From: Octopus sinensis
Lineage: Eukaryota
Direction: 5' to 3'
NCBI RefSeq assembly: GCF_006345805.1
Contig: NC_043000.1
Span: forward strand, 138,198,001-138,262,000
DNA: 64,000 nt
This document shows, in pieces, positions 36,285-48,828 of this stretch. The translations under genes were made by a program, and so were the position numbers. Position 1 is the first letter of the stretch, and each line of letters begins with the position of its first letter. Under the pieces are notes generated by a model. The model was not told the origin of the DNA, searched no databases, and saw nothing but the letters and a program-made list of their open reading frames with translations.

Positions 36285-36591
36285 CCATGGTCACCGTGGT
36301 CGACCAGGCTATTAGATGTTGTTACACATCGCTGGTCACAATGCGCTTCGCATTGTTTTAGCCTTCAAATGACGCCACCCCACTGGCTAAGCGAGCAGGC
36401 CAACAGAAGAAAGAGTGAGAGAAAGTTGTGGCGAAAGAGTACAGCAGGGACCACCACCACCTCCTGCTGGAGCCTCGTGGAGCTTTAGGTGTTTTTGCTC
36501 AATAAACACTCACAATGCCCAGTCTGGGAATCGAAACCATGATCCTACGACCGCGAGTCCGCTGCCCTAACCACTAGGCCATTGCACCTCC
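36285..36591 (-). mobile_element. SINE-D with tail type iii, TA on both flanks
   Basis: Head GGAGGTGCAATGGCCTAGTGGTTAGGGCAGCGGACTCGCGG (TCG at the anticodon-like position, tRNA-Arg-like). Tail ...GGTGACCATGG-(TA)n. Confidence 0.85.
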
Positions 36592-36593
36592 AC

Positions 36594-36775
<182 letters not shown>

Positions 36776-36809
36776 ATGTGTGTGTGTGTACATACATATG
36801 TATATCGCA

Positions 36810-37215
36810 ATCAAATTTGATGACTGGCATCTGTGCTTGTGGAACGCTAAGAGTACCAAATGAGTCAGATCATTACCAGAGCAACAAGCTGGCCTCTGTG
36901 CCAATGGCACGTAAAAAACACCATTTGAGTGTGATCATTACCGGTGTCACCTTACTGGCACTTGTGATGGTGGCACATGAGAAAACATTCGAGCAAGGTC
37001 ATTGCCAGTACTGCTTGACTGGCCCTCGTGCCGGTGGCATGTAAATGCACCCACTACACTCTTGGAGTGGTTAACGTTAGGATGGGCATCCAGCTGTAGA
37101 AACTCTGCCAGATCAAATTGGAGTCTGGTGCAGCCATCTGCTTCGCCAGACCTCAGTCAAATTGTCCAACCCATGCTAGCATGGAAAGTGGAAGTTAAAC
37201 GATGATGCTGATGAT
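36810..37215 (+). mobile_element. RTE 3'-end fragment, second subfamily
   Basis: Inter-hairpin segments shared with 43335-43737. Confidence 0.85.
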
Positions 37216-38272
37216 ATGAATTATCCATGCATTCCCCAAAACTCATTTTCTTTACACTCATTTCCCCATCACTCTTAACTACAGCTCTGTGTATTCAGAT
37301 GCTACATGGACACTGAAAAGCAATGTTGCTTTTCATGTAATGGGTTCAAATCAGCATAAAACATATCATAAATATATTTATTCATAGCAATAACATTTTG
37401 CCCCCCTCAGAACCAGTTTTCTGGTTCCTCAGGCAAAAAAACAAAAAAAACGAAACAAAACAAAAGAAGAAAAATCAGTTTCTTTACAAGGGAAAATGGT
37501 TGGAGGTGCCATTTCAACACCTTTCTGCTGTTGAATGTTTTTGCATTGAAAAACTGTTCAAGTGACCTGAATAACAGAATGGTTTGATGGCGCTAGGTCT
37601 GGTGAATGGTGAAGGTGAGGAAGAATCTCTTAGCCTGTCGCCAACATACTGTTCAGTCTCCCTTTTTGTCCTCACCATCTTTTAGGCACCCTCTTGTCTT
37701 CATATCACCCACTCTTTCTCCTATTCACCTACCATATTGCTCATGTCAAGTGGGGAGGCATTGGATCAATCCATATCCAATCACCATCCCCCTCTATCCT
37801 TACCACCATCTCTAACCAGAAAAACCTGTGGCTGTCTTTCTCCCATTATTCCCAAACTTTTACTGTCTCACTGTATTCCCTGTTATTCCCATTCGTTACT
37901 GTTTCTCTATTTCTCCTTTCAGCTCTGTTTCTTCCATTACTCCCTCCTCAGCAACCTTATTATCTAAATGTCCTCCTCCTCCTCCTGAGAGAACAGAAGT
38001 TTGTGAGGACAATTTTGTTTTGCATGACAACTTCTGTGGTGGTGTTGTCATGATAGAATACACCCAAAACACCCCAATGGGATTGGTGTTAAGAATGGCT
38101 CCCTTCCACAGAAAGCAAGCCAGATTGTATGTGTGAGCTAGATGGGATCCTCTGACAAGTCTAGGAGAACAATAAATCTAAATAGGAAATAGCTAACTCA
38201 TCCCATAAAATCTCAGACATAAAATAATGATGGTTATAATAACTATGAGATAAGTATGTGTGTGTGAGTGTG

Positions 38273-38323
<51 letters not shown>

Positions 38324-38346
38324 AAGTAAATATATATATATATGCT

Positions 38347-38484
38347 TACCAGCCACATGGTTCTGGGTTAAGTCCCACCATGTTGCATCTTGGGCAAGTG
38401 TCTTCTACTGTAGCCTCAGGCCGACCAAAGCTTTGTAAGTGGATTTAATAGATGGAAACTGAAAGAAGCCTATTGAGTGTGTGT

Positions 38485-38531
<47 letters not shown>

Positions 38532-38733
38532 TGTGTGTGTTTGTGTCTGTCCCCCTTGATGACCGATGCTGGTGTGCTTATATACCCGTAACTTAGCACT
38601 TCGGCAAAAGAGACCAATGGAATAAGTACTAAGCTTACAAAGAATAAGTCCTGGGGTAGATTTGTTTGACTAAAGTCAGTGCTCCAGCATGGCCACTGTC
38701 AAATGACAGAAACAAATAAAAGAGTAAAAGAGT
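38347..38733 (+). mobile_element. SINE-A, slightly 5'-truncated
   Basis: Internal (GT)n tract and AAAAGAGTAAAAGAG tail. Confidence 0.9.
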
Positions 38734-39193
38734 TAAAGATATGTATATATATATAATCCAGTGTTCTACATTTTAGCAGAGTTCTTTATTTAAAATTACC
38801 AATATTATTGAAGCACGTGCACGCACACACACACACACAAACACACATATACACACACACACACGCACACACACTCACACACGTGCACAAACATACATCA
38901 TACACACATTTCACAGGAGAACTTAATATTTGTCTAATTCTGAATGAAGGTGACAGAAATTCTTTTGAAACAAAGTGCATGTATGGTATAATTATATTTT
39001 AAATGATACTAGGTCTTAAAAGGGAGAAATGACACCAAGAATACAATACAAATTGAATTAAAATAAATGCTAGGAATTTTAGCGAGACAACAGAATATAC
39101 AGAGCTGGAAAGTTGAGGTGACATCTCACACCTTTTTTCATTCTGATAAGCATCAATATTATGGATTTGGTGCTTGATGCTGGATTAAATGTT

Positions 39194-39281
39194 TCATCAT
39201 CATCATCATCATCATCGTCGTCGTCGTCGTCGTCGTCATCATCCTCATCATCATCGTCGTCGTCGTCGTCGTCGTCGTCAG

Positions 39282-39322
<41 letters not shown>

Positions 39323-39397
39323 GCGTCATCGTCGTCGTCATCAGCATCATCATCATCATCATCATCATCATCATTATCAGCGTCGTCGTTGTCGTCG

Positions 39398-39439
<42 letters not shown>

Positions 39440-39850
39440 ACATCATCATCATCATCACATCATCATCATCATCATCATGTAACGTCCATTGTTCATGCTG
39501 GTATGGATTGAATGGTGTGATCAGAGCTGACAAACTGGTGGGGAGGTGATGCGCCAGACTCTAGTCTGATTTGGCATGGCTTCTATGACTGGATGCTCTT
39601 CCTAATGCCAACCACTTTACAGAGTTTGCTGGATGGTGTGATCAGAGCTGACAAGCTTGGGGTGAGGATGCACCAGACTCCAGTTTGATTTGATATGGCT
39701 TCTATGACTGGATGCCCTTCCTAATGCCAACCACTTTACTTTACAGAGTGTGCTGGGTGCTTTTACATAGCACCACACAGGCGTTTTTACATGGCACCAC
39801 ATAGGTACTTTTATATCTCACCACATGAACACATTTACATGGTGCGCTTT
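39194..39850 (-). mobile_element. Older RTE 3'-end fragment with duplicated terminal ~120 bp and a ~285-bp expanded tail
   Basis: TGGTGTGATCAGAGCTGACAA...CCAACCACTTTAC occurs twice (~39513-39625 and ~39634-39750). The (ATC/GTC)n run at 39194-39478 abuts its 3' end. Confidence 0.75.
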
Positions 39851-40199
39851 ACATCATCAGAAAGATTGGATTTTAACATTTCTGCAGCAGAGTATGGATT
39901 CTCTCAAGTACAGCCAGGTATGAAATATCCCGGTCCTTTGTGTAAATATAGCACATTTTAACAACCATAGAAGGTTTCTTTTTTTTTTTTATTACATTGA
40001 ATTCCTATTCTGGCAAAATTCCAATTATTTAGATCAAGAAGAATGAGTTGGTTTCATGACATTGTGCTCCTGATAGCAATTTCTTGTTTGATCCTACAGA
40101 TTGTCATGAAGTATGGGCGCAAAATATTTCTCTGGTCTTGCCTGGCTATTTGATACTTGATCTCATATTAACTTCTCTTTGTAACCTAGTGGTTCAGCA

Positions 40200-40345
40200 A
40201 AACAGACCAATAAAATACATACCAGAGTTACAAAGATTAGCACTGGGGTCAAATCAGCTGCTTGACTAAACCCTCTTAGGTGGCACTCCAGCATGCCCGC
40301 AGCCCAATAACCAAAACAAATAAAAGATAGAATGCAAAAGATAAA
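40200..40345 (+). mobile_element. SINE-A-like 3' part, diverged
   Basis: GGTGGCACTCCAGCATGCCCGCAG...AAATAAAAGA. Confidence 0.6.
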
Positions 40346-40410
40346 AATATAGTTGGTGGGCAGTAATAGAAAGTTGAATTGAATACTTTATGCTTTCTTT
40401 CTTTTTTTTC

Positions 40411-40813
40411 TTTTCACTTGTTTCAGTTATTTGACTGCAGCCATGCTGGAGCACTGCCTTTAGTTGAGCAAATCGACCTCAGGACTTATTCTTTGTAAGC
40501 CTAGTACTTATTCTATTGGTCTCTTAAGCCGAACCGCTAAGTTACGGGGGACGTAAACACACCAGCATCGGTTGTCAAGCGATGTTGGGGGGAAAAACAC
40601 AGACACACAGACATATACACACACATACATATATATATATACATATATACGATGGGCTTCTTTCAGTTTCCATCTACCAAATCCACTCACAAGGCTTTGG
40701 TCAGTCCGAGGCTATAGTAGAAGACACTTGCCCAAGGTGCCACACAGTGGGACTGAACCTGGAACCATGTGGTTGGTAAGCAAGCTACTTACCACACAGC
40801 TGCTCCTGCGCCT
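40411..40813 (-). mobile_element. SINE-A
   Basis: Full-length match. Confidence 0.9.
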
Positions 40814-41425
40814 ATGCTATTAAGCTTTTTTTTTTTGCTTTCATATATTTCATAGCAGACATAGTCAAGCAAACACGATTTTCTGCTTAAGTTTGCTTTG
40901 AAATCAGTTTATTTTTTCAATTTCAGTTTTCATGTGCAATCTCTCTCATAGTCTGAGTTTAATACATGCCTTATGAATGAAATGGTATAAACTGAAACTA
41001 CATGGATGTCCATGAGGTGGACAGGAACCAGAACTTGTGAGTTAGATTTAATCTGTCACCTTGTTTAAAACCATTCTCACCTGAACCTTGGGTGCCTTTA
41101 ACAGAACCCAGTCTGTTGCAGATATTTGTTACTGGTCTTCAGTTTGAAGATAATTATTTTATTTCCTACTGGAACAGATAATGAATTATAGATTTGCATT
41201 CTTTTCTTCCACTGGTCACAGAAACCCTGCATAAATGTTATGGATGCTGTCCTGCTTCTATCTAGGAAATAAAAAAAAAGCATTACTTTTGCTTTCACAT
41301 CAGTGCCCTGCATTTCATTAATTTTCTTTCAACTACTTATATATCATTTATAACTTTTTAACAAGCCACATAATTGTAATCACATAATTGATATCCTCTT
41401 ATATTTTCATTATTTTTCACGTTCA

Positions 41426-41500
41426 AGGTGGCAAGCTGGCAGAAACGTTAGCATACCGGGTGAAATGCTTAGCAGTATTCCGCCTGCTGTTATGTTCTGA
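41426..41500 (+). mobile_element. SINE-C head only
   Basis: GGTGGCAAGCTGGCAGAAACGTTAGC...GTTCTGAG, interrupted by the HINE-like element. Confidence 0.8.
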
Positions 41501-41838
41501 GGTATTGTTTTTAGATGTGTTTTGTTTGTTTGTTTGTCCATTGAACAGATATCTCAAGAACTGCTGGATGGATTCAGATGAAACTTTCAGGGATATTTGG
41601 TCTCGTGACTGGCATGCACTGATTAGATTTTGGGATTGATCTGGTACCGGACAAGGATTCTAGATTTTTTTTCTGGTTTTTTTACTTAACTTTTGTCGGG
41701 TTCATTTTTAGTATTCTCATTTGTGAGAGCAGTTGAGTTTATTTCAGATATTCTCATTTTAAAAATCATCTCTAGCTAATCATTGAGAGGACGTTGGTGT
41801 TGCCTTGGCAGAGGTGTGCGCCCTCTGATGCTCTTGTT
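41499..41838 (+). mobile_element. Non-autonomous Helentron/HINE-like element
   Basis: Internal (GTTT)n, then GATATCTCAAGAACTGCTGGATGGATT...GAAACTTTCAGG. 3' end CCTTGGCAGAGGTGTGCGC..CTCTG..TGCTCTTGTT resembles HINE ends. The 5' subterminal repeat is missing. Confidence 0.55.
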
Positions 41839-42151
41839 ATTATTACATTTACATAAGGAAGAGCTAGCAGAGGACGTCAAGCAAGACCTATATCAAGTAG
41901 ATTTGTGATGATATAAACTGCCATCCCTGTGACCTGCTGAATATGATGAACGATAGAGTCACAACTCTAACATAGAGTCACAAGTAGCTGTACGAGCATT
42001 GTAACTAGATGGTGATTGAATTTACTTCTCATCCTTCAGATTTCAAAAAGTACAAGTTAAGTGTTTTTGTGTGAATTAGATCAACACTTTCTCTATCAAT
42101 TATTTAAAAAAAATCATTATCATTTATATTATTTCATTAGAAAAGGGGAAA

Positions 42152-42420
42152 ACAGGCAGGTTTGTATGAGAACTGGACAGAAAGGATACCTATTTCTTTA
42201 CTACCCGCAAGGGGCTAAACAGAGAGGACAAACAAGGACAGACAAAGGTATTAAGTCGATTATATCGACCCCAGTGCGTAACTCGTACTTAATTAATCGA
42301 CCCCGAAAGGATGAAAGGCAAAGTCAACCTCGGTGGAATTTGAACTCAGAATGTAGCGGCAGACGAAATACGGCTACGCATTTCGCCCGGCGTGCTATCG
42401 ATTCTGCCAGCTCGCCGCCT
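42152..42420 (-). mobile_element. SINE-C
   Basis: Reverse complement of the 27660 copy. Confidence 0.85.
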
Positions 42421-42723
42421 TTGCATTATCTATTCTATCTTTTTGTATTTTGAAAGCAAAGCCAGTGATAATTCTGATTTCAAGCTGCATTATCCTATTA
42501 ACCTTTCTCTTGAATATATTTGGGGGATGTAAAGAGGTGAGACTATCATATGTAAGCAGCAGTTTGCATTCCACAATGGACATTGTTTGAGTCTCTGTTA
42601 CACCTTGGAAATTAACTTTCCAGAAGCAGATACCCCTGGCTAACCATGACCAAAGGAGGCCTTAGATTTCACAAGTAATGGTTTTTATTGTATGCCTTCA
42701 TAACCCAGTCATTTATAGTTTGA

Positions 42724-43099
42724 GCTCTTTTATTCTTTTATTCTTTTATTTATTTCAGTCATTTGACTGTGGCCATGCTGGAGCACTGCCTTTAGTCGAG
42801 CAAATCAACCCCACGACTTATTCTTTGTAAGCCTAGTACTTGTTCTATCGGTCTCTTTTGCCAAACCGCTAAGTTACAGGTATGTAAACACACCAGCATT
42901 GGTTGTCAAGCAATGTTGGGGGGTGGGTGGACAAACACACACATATATATACATATATACGACAGGCTTCTTTCAGTTTCTGTCTACCAAATCCACTTGG
43001 CCCAAGGCTATAGTAGAAGACACTTGCCCAAGGTGCCATGCAGTGGGACTGAACCCGGAACCATGTGGTTGATAAGCAAGCTACTTACCACACAGCCAC
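42724..43099 (-). mobile_element. SINE-A
   Basis: Match with small deletions. Confidence 0.9.
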
Positions 43100-43334
43100 T
43101 ATGTTTTTTTTCCGCATATTTTCATGTAATACATGCTGTATCTAATGATGTTATGTTGTGCATGATTTCTGGGATTTTAGGTATGTATTTGTCTTTTTTT
43201 TAAACTTATTCCAAAAGGATCCGTTATGATGCAGGTTACCTCTGTTTTCAATCCTCACATTCTGGCTATTTCTATTTCCAGCTCTTTACATTTACAGAGT
43301 TTCTCCTCTTCTTTTGGAGATATTTTGTCAGCTT

Positions 43335-43737
43335 GTTGGCAGGCATCCGTGCTAGTGAGGTGCAAAGAGCACCATACGAGTGTGATCGTTGACAGAGTGG
43401 CTAACCGGCTTCCATGCCAGTGGCACATAAAAGGCACCATTCGAGTGTGATTGTTACCAGCGTTGCCTTACTGGCACCTGTGCCGGTGGCATGTGTAAAA
43501 AGATTTGAGCAAGGTTGTTGCCAGTACTGCCTGACTGGCCCTCGTGCTGGTGGCACGTAAAAAGCACCCACTACACTCTCGGAGTGGTTGGTGTTAGGAA
43601 GGGCATCAAGCTGTAGAAACTCTGCCAGATCAAGATTGGAGCCTGGTGCAGTCATCTGGTTCACCAGCCTTCAGTCAAAATCGTCCAACCCATGCTAGCA
43701 TGGAAAGCAGACGTTAAACGATGATGATGATGATGAA
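43335..43737 (+). mobile_element. RTE 3'-end fragment, second subfamily
   Basis: Hairpin modules, terminal domain and (ATG)n. Confidence 0.85.
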
Positions 43738-45011
43738 GAAATATTTCTTTTCCTTGTGGTCTATGATAATAACAAATAGTGGATTTGGCTTAATCCTCCT
43801 GTCAATATGATTTACTATGTCTTAGAGTATGTTCCCTTTGTTATTATCTAAGACATTGTCTACTGTATCTTTGAACATTTTTTTATCTTTCTGTAGGTAT
43901 TTCATGATGTTGGCATAATTTACTTTTGGTCATGATTAGTCAACTAGAAACTATATGATTGATTGTTTCTTCACAACATTCACACACTTATGTAGTTATG
44001 TAGTTATTTTTTGGATTTTACTTCCTTACATATTTTGGTGGATTCTAAGTGAGAAAATCCTGGATTTTTTGGTCTGCAGTAAAAACATCCTTTTGTTGCT
44101 TCTCAGTGTGTGTTAAGTTTTTGTCTTCATTTACTTCATCTTTATGTATTGTCCATGTAAGAGCTTTTCTTGCCAACATCTTAGTATTCTGAAATCTCAG
44201 TTTTAGCTTAGCATTTAGTTATTTTAACGGTTTCTGTTGTCTCCACATTCTACTCATTACTGTCTGTTACTTCAGCATCTTTTTTTAAATATTTATTGGC
44301 TTTCATGAAGAGGGAAAATGGTTTATTTTTCCCATATTTTGAAGCTATTTTCATTAGCATTCTTTTATTCTTTTTCAAGGTATTTTCGAAGTCCTACAGT
44401 GGATATTATATAAGTTTTCCTTTCAAAAGTCTTCTAGTTCCCTGCATTCAGAGAAAATATATTTCTGTGTTACCTTTTGGTAATGTGCTCTAAATGTAGT
44501 CGTATTTCTTTTTTCCTTTTTAATGTTGCTTTATCCAGTACACTTTCAATGGAGAATATCAAAATCACAACAACACATAACTGTATCTATAATATTCCTT
44601 TCTAACTTTTTCTTTTGCGTGTGTGTGTGTGTTATCCTCTATCTATTTCATCATTGTTTTTTAGATATTTGTAAATGTCCTTTTTTTTACTTCTCTTAGC
44701 TGCTTTATTTGACATGCTTTATTTACCTTTCTGTAAAATCTTCTCATATATTATTATAAACTAAATTTCCTATTGTCTTCTCTTCCATTGTATCATTGTA
44801 CTCTATGAAGCTGCATCCTTACTTGCTTGACATTATCATTGTGTTCCCTAATTTATCTGTCATTACATTCTGAGTTCAAAATTTTGTCAAGGTTAACTTT
44901 GCCTTTCATCTGCTGGCCTTGTGCCAAAATGTGGAATCATTATTATGCTCCTTTATATCTCTTCATTTTATTTCTCATAGAGCTATTTTTTTCCTAAAAG
45001 CATTGTTTAAT

Positions 45012-45293
45012 TTGTTGTGTCTGGGGAGAGGCATTTTCTTTTTGTGCCTTATAATGTAACACACTCACTGGTAAAACAGTCTTGACCCTTGAAGAGTCAA
45101 GACTATTGAAAATGTTGCAAGACGCAACGAAAATTTTAGGAAAATAAAAATAAGAAATAAGTGGAAATTTTACCGGTGAGTGTGTTACATTATAAGGCAC
45201 AAAAAGAAAATGACTCTCCCCAGATACAACAGAATATGCTTCAACACACGAAGTCATATAAAGAATCTTGCAAGCCAAATCTAAAAATGAAAT
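45012..45293. repeat. 282-bp insert with 64-bp inverted arms and 14-bp flanking direct repeats
   Basis: Arms 45013-45076 and 45168-45231 differ at 3 positions. AAGCATTGTTTAAT occurs at 44998-45011 and 45294-45307. Confidence 0.85.
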
Positions 45294-46257
45294 AAGCATT
45301 GTTTAATGTTTTTTGTTTAAAAATGTCAGTATTATTCATTTAAAATCTTAATTAATGCAGTAGTATTAGTACCATCACTGGTCTATATTTTTGCATTCTA
45401 TAATTCGGAAACTTTATATTTTAAAAACACTTTTACTTTCTGTGATTGGCAAATTTTTATTGAAAGTACGTGATAAATCAATCATTATGTATGATCTGGC
45501 TTTCTGATCTTTTATAACTTTATCTGATTGATTAGCTCATATCTCTCAATCCTTTTACAGAACTAAACCCTTCAGAAGAGTCACTATCTCTTCTATAATT
45601 CACTCAAACTTGTTTTCATAAGAATTATAAGTTGATTGAATATAGACTTTCCTGAGTTTTATTTTTCCTCAATAAAGATTATCTTGCTGCCTTGCTGTGT
45701 ATATATAATCTCACAGTAGATATAATCCATTTTGTTAAGCAGTAACCAGCCAGTGAGTATAAACCAAAATGTTTCATTAAATATCCTACTTATCTAAAAT
45801 ATTTGTTCCATTTAATTTCTTTATTTGTGTTCCATATAGTGATATTTCATGTGATAACATTTCTAGAGACTTGCCTCTATGGCTATATAATCGATCTTAT
45901 CCTTCAGTTAACAAATTTTCAAGCTGGTGCTAGTGAGCGTCAAGCAGAGGATTTAATTGCCTCAAATGGGCTTTAATAAATCTTAACCAATATTTAACAT
46001 GCAAGCTGTTCATAAAATGGAATAAATTAGTCTGCCATGGAGGAGGGAAGAGGTGTGTGATATTTCGTGTCATGTCCTCCAACAGAGGTGTAAGTAAGAG
46101 TTGTAATTTCATATTCCTTTGATGAGATTTCTTCTACGAAATATCAGAATTTTCTTTTCTCCTCATTGCAAACTAACTTATTGCACTTGCAAACTGTTCA
46201 TATTTTACTATTAGCGTCCTTGGATTTTAATATTTTACTTGAAATATTAACCTGGAA

Positions 46258-46470
46258 TGAAGGTTGCAAGCTGGCAGAATCATTAGCATACTGGGGAAAA
46301 ATGCTTAGTGGCATTTCATCTGTCATAATGTTTTGAGTTCAAATTCTACCAAGGGTGACTTTGCTTTACATTCTGTCAGGGTCAAAATACCAGCTGAGTA
46401 CTGGGATTGATGTAATGAACTAACCCACACCCCCAAAACTGCTGGTCTTGTGCCAAAATTTAAAATTAAT
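46258..46470 (+). mobile_element. SINE-C, diverged
   Basis: Head and central domain recognisable. Confidence 0.7.
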
Positions 46471-46600
46471 ATTAACATGAAAGAATGTATTTTCCCAATG
46501 AACTGGCATTACTTTTTGATGAAATAAACCACTGGGACTCAACGTAATTGATTAGCTCCCTCCCACAAAATTTCAGGCATGTGTGCCTATAGTAGAAAGG

Positions 46601-46690
46601 ATTATTACTATTATTATCATTATTATTATTATCATTATTATTATTATTATCATTATTATTATTATTGTTGTTGTTGTTGTTGTTGTTATT
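46601..46690. repeat. (ATT)n(GTT)n microsatellite
   Basis: Visible. Confidence 0.95.
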
Positions 46691-46711
46691 GATGCCACAT
46701 TAAAAAGCAAC

Positions 46712-46930
46712 CATGCTGGTGCTGCACATAAAGCACTGGTGTTAGTGCCATGTAAAATGAACCCAGTACATTCTGTAAGATGACTGGTATTAGGAAGGGC
46801 ATCAAGCCATTGAACCCATGCCAAAACAGACAACTGAAGCTGAGTGGTGCGCTTCTCATTACCAGTGCCTGTCAAATTGTCAGCCCATGCCAGCATGGAA
46901 AAACGGACGTTAAATGATGATAATGATGAT
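46712..46930 (+). mobile_element. RTE 3'-end fragment, diverged
   Basis: TTAGGAAGGGCATC...CCCATGCCAGCATGGAAAAACGGACGTTAAATGATG. Confidence 0.75.
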
Positions 46931-46981
46931 TATATGATTATAAAAGAAATCATCATCATCATCATCATTATTATTATTAAG

Positions 46982-47370
46982 TGGAGGCGCAATGGCCCAG
47001 TGGTTAGGGCAGCAGACTCGCAGTCATAGGATCGCGGTTTCGATTCCCAGACCGGGCGTTGTGAGTGTTTATTGAGCGAAAACACCTAAAAGCCCCACAA
47101 GGCTCTGGCAGGGGATGGTGGTGATCCCTGCTGTACTCTTTCACCACAACTTTCTCTCACTCTTACTTCCTGTTTCTGTTGTACCTGTATTTCAAAGGGC
47201 CGGCCTTGTCACTCTCTGTGTCACGCTGAATATCCTCAAGAACTACGTTAAGGGTACACGTATCTGTGGAGTGCTCAGCCACTTACACGTTAATTTCACA
47301 AGCAGGCTGTTCCGTTGATTCGGATCAACCGGAACCCTCGTCATCGTAACCGACGGAGTGCTTCCATCCA
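46982..47370 (+). mobile_element. SINE-D with tail type iv
   Basis: Same head and body as 36285-36591 with an unrelated ~200-bp 3' part. TATTATTATTAA on both sides. Confidence 0.85.
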
Positions 47371-47383
47371 TATTATTATTAAA

Positions 47384-47597
47384 GTGGTGAGCTGGCAGAA
47401 ATGTTAGCACACTGGGCAAAATATTTAGCAGCATTTCGTCCATATTTATGGTCTGAGTTCAAATTCCACTGAGGTTGACTTTGCCTTTTGTCTTTTCAGG
47501 GTCGATAAAATGAGTATCAGTGAAACACTGGGGTTGATGTAATTGACTAGTCCTCACCCAACAAATTTCAGGCATTGCACTTTTAGTAGAAAGGATT
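47384..47597 (+). mobile_element. SINE-C, diverged
   Basis: Head and central domain recognisable. Confidence 0.7.
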
Positions 47598-48249
47598 ATT
47601 ATTATTATTATAAACATTATTATTATGATTATTATTATAGTAATAGTAGTAGGTGTAGTAGTAGCAGCAGTAGTAATATGTAGTAGTGTCTATTAGAAAT
47701 AGCCAAGAGTGAGTTAGAATATTCCAGGCTATCAAGAGTTACTTACTCAAGCCTATATTGTGAATGAATAATGAATGAATAACATTTTTTCCTTCCAGTT
47801 TATCATTCCAATTAATCATGCTCTTGGTCATGTTAATCAAATCATGCTAGAGTCAACATTGACTTTTGTTTGTCCAATTTTGTAATTTAAATCTTAACAA
47901 AATACCAGAAATGAACAAATCAATTACGTCTTTTATACGAGCAAAATAGTCTTTGTTCGTAGACAAAAGGAAATGATTATTTTACTGGAAAGTTTCTGAA
48001 GATAATGAGTTAAATTTTAAATGAGGCTCTGGAAAATTTGATATCAAGAAGACTTGTTGTAGCCTTATGGGAGTGTAAGCTCAACAGATGATTATCTGAA
48101 ATGTTATTTAAAATATCGTGTATAACAGTGAAGAATAAAATATATAGATTGGATTGCAAGAGATTATCATTTTCCTCATTGTAATCATCCTCCCCATTGC
48201 CATAGTCATTGTCAATGTCCTCGTACTCATATAACCATCACTGTCACTG

Positions 48250-48552
48250 TGGAGGTGCAATAGCACAGTGGTTAGGGCAGCAGACTCGCGGTCAGAGGAT
48301 TGCGGTTTCGATTCTCAGACCAGGTGTTGTGTGTGTTTATTGAGCGAAAACACCTAAAAGCTCCACGAGGCTCTGGCAGGGGGTGGTGGTGACCCCTGCT
48401 GTACTCTTTCGCCACAACATTCTCTCGCTCTCTCTTCCTGTTTCTTGAGTAACGCTGCGATGGACTGGTGTCCCATCCAGCTGGGGGGAACACATACACC
48501 ACAGAAACCAGGAAACTGGGCCCATGAGCCTGGCTAGGCTTGAAAAGGGCGA
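48250..48552 (+). mobile_element. SINE-D with tail type ii
   Basis: GCTGCGATGGACTGGTGTCCCATCCAG...GAAACCAGGAAACTGGGCCCATGAGCC. Confidence 0.85.
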
Positions 48553-48828
48553 TGTTTATTGTTTATCATTGTCTCTATAATAATCATTGCCAGCGTCATT
48601 GTAGTGGTCACTTTTCCATGCTTGCATTGGTTAGATGGAGTTTGTTGTGGGTTGAAAGGGTGAAATGGAGTTCACAGGTGGATGCTCTTCCTGTCACCAA
48701 CATGCATCTGATTTCAAGCAAGGATATATTTCCCTTTGGCCAGATATGTTTTTCATAGAAGACTGGACATGAACAACATTGCTTGTATGACAGTCAGACT
48801 CATTTATGATCATCACACGATGACAAGA

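Noticed and set aside
41081-41261. Minus-strand exon with good acceptor (TTTTTTTTATTTCCTAG) and donor (CAG|GTGAG)
   Set aside because: Stops in all three frames. It could only be a non-coding exon, and nothing else supports it.
46982-47060. tRNA gene (also other SINE heads)
   Set aside because: A/B-box-like heads run straight into SINE bodies without an acceptor-stem 3' strand or a T-run terminator.
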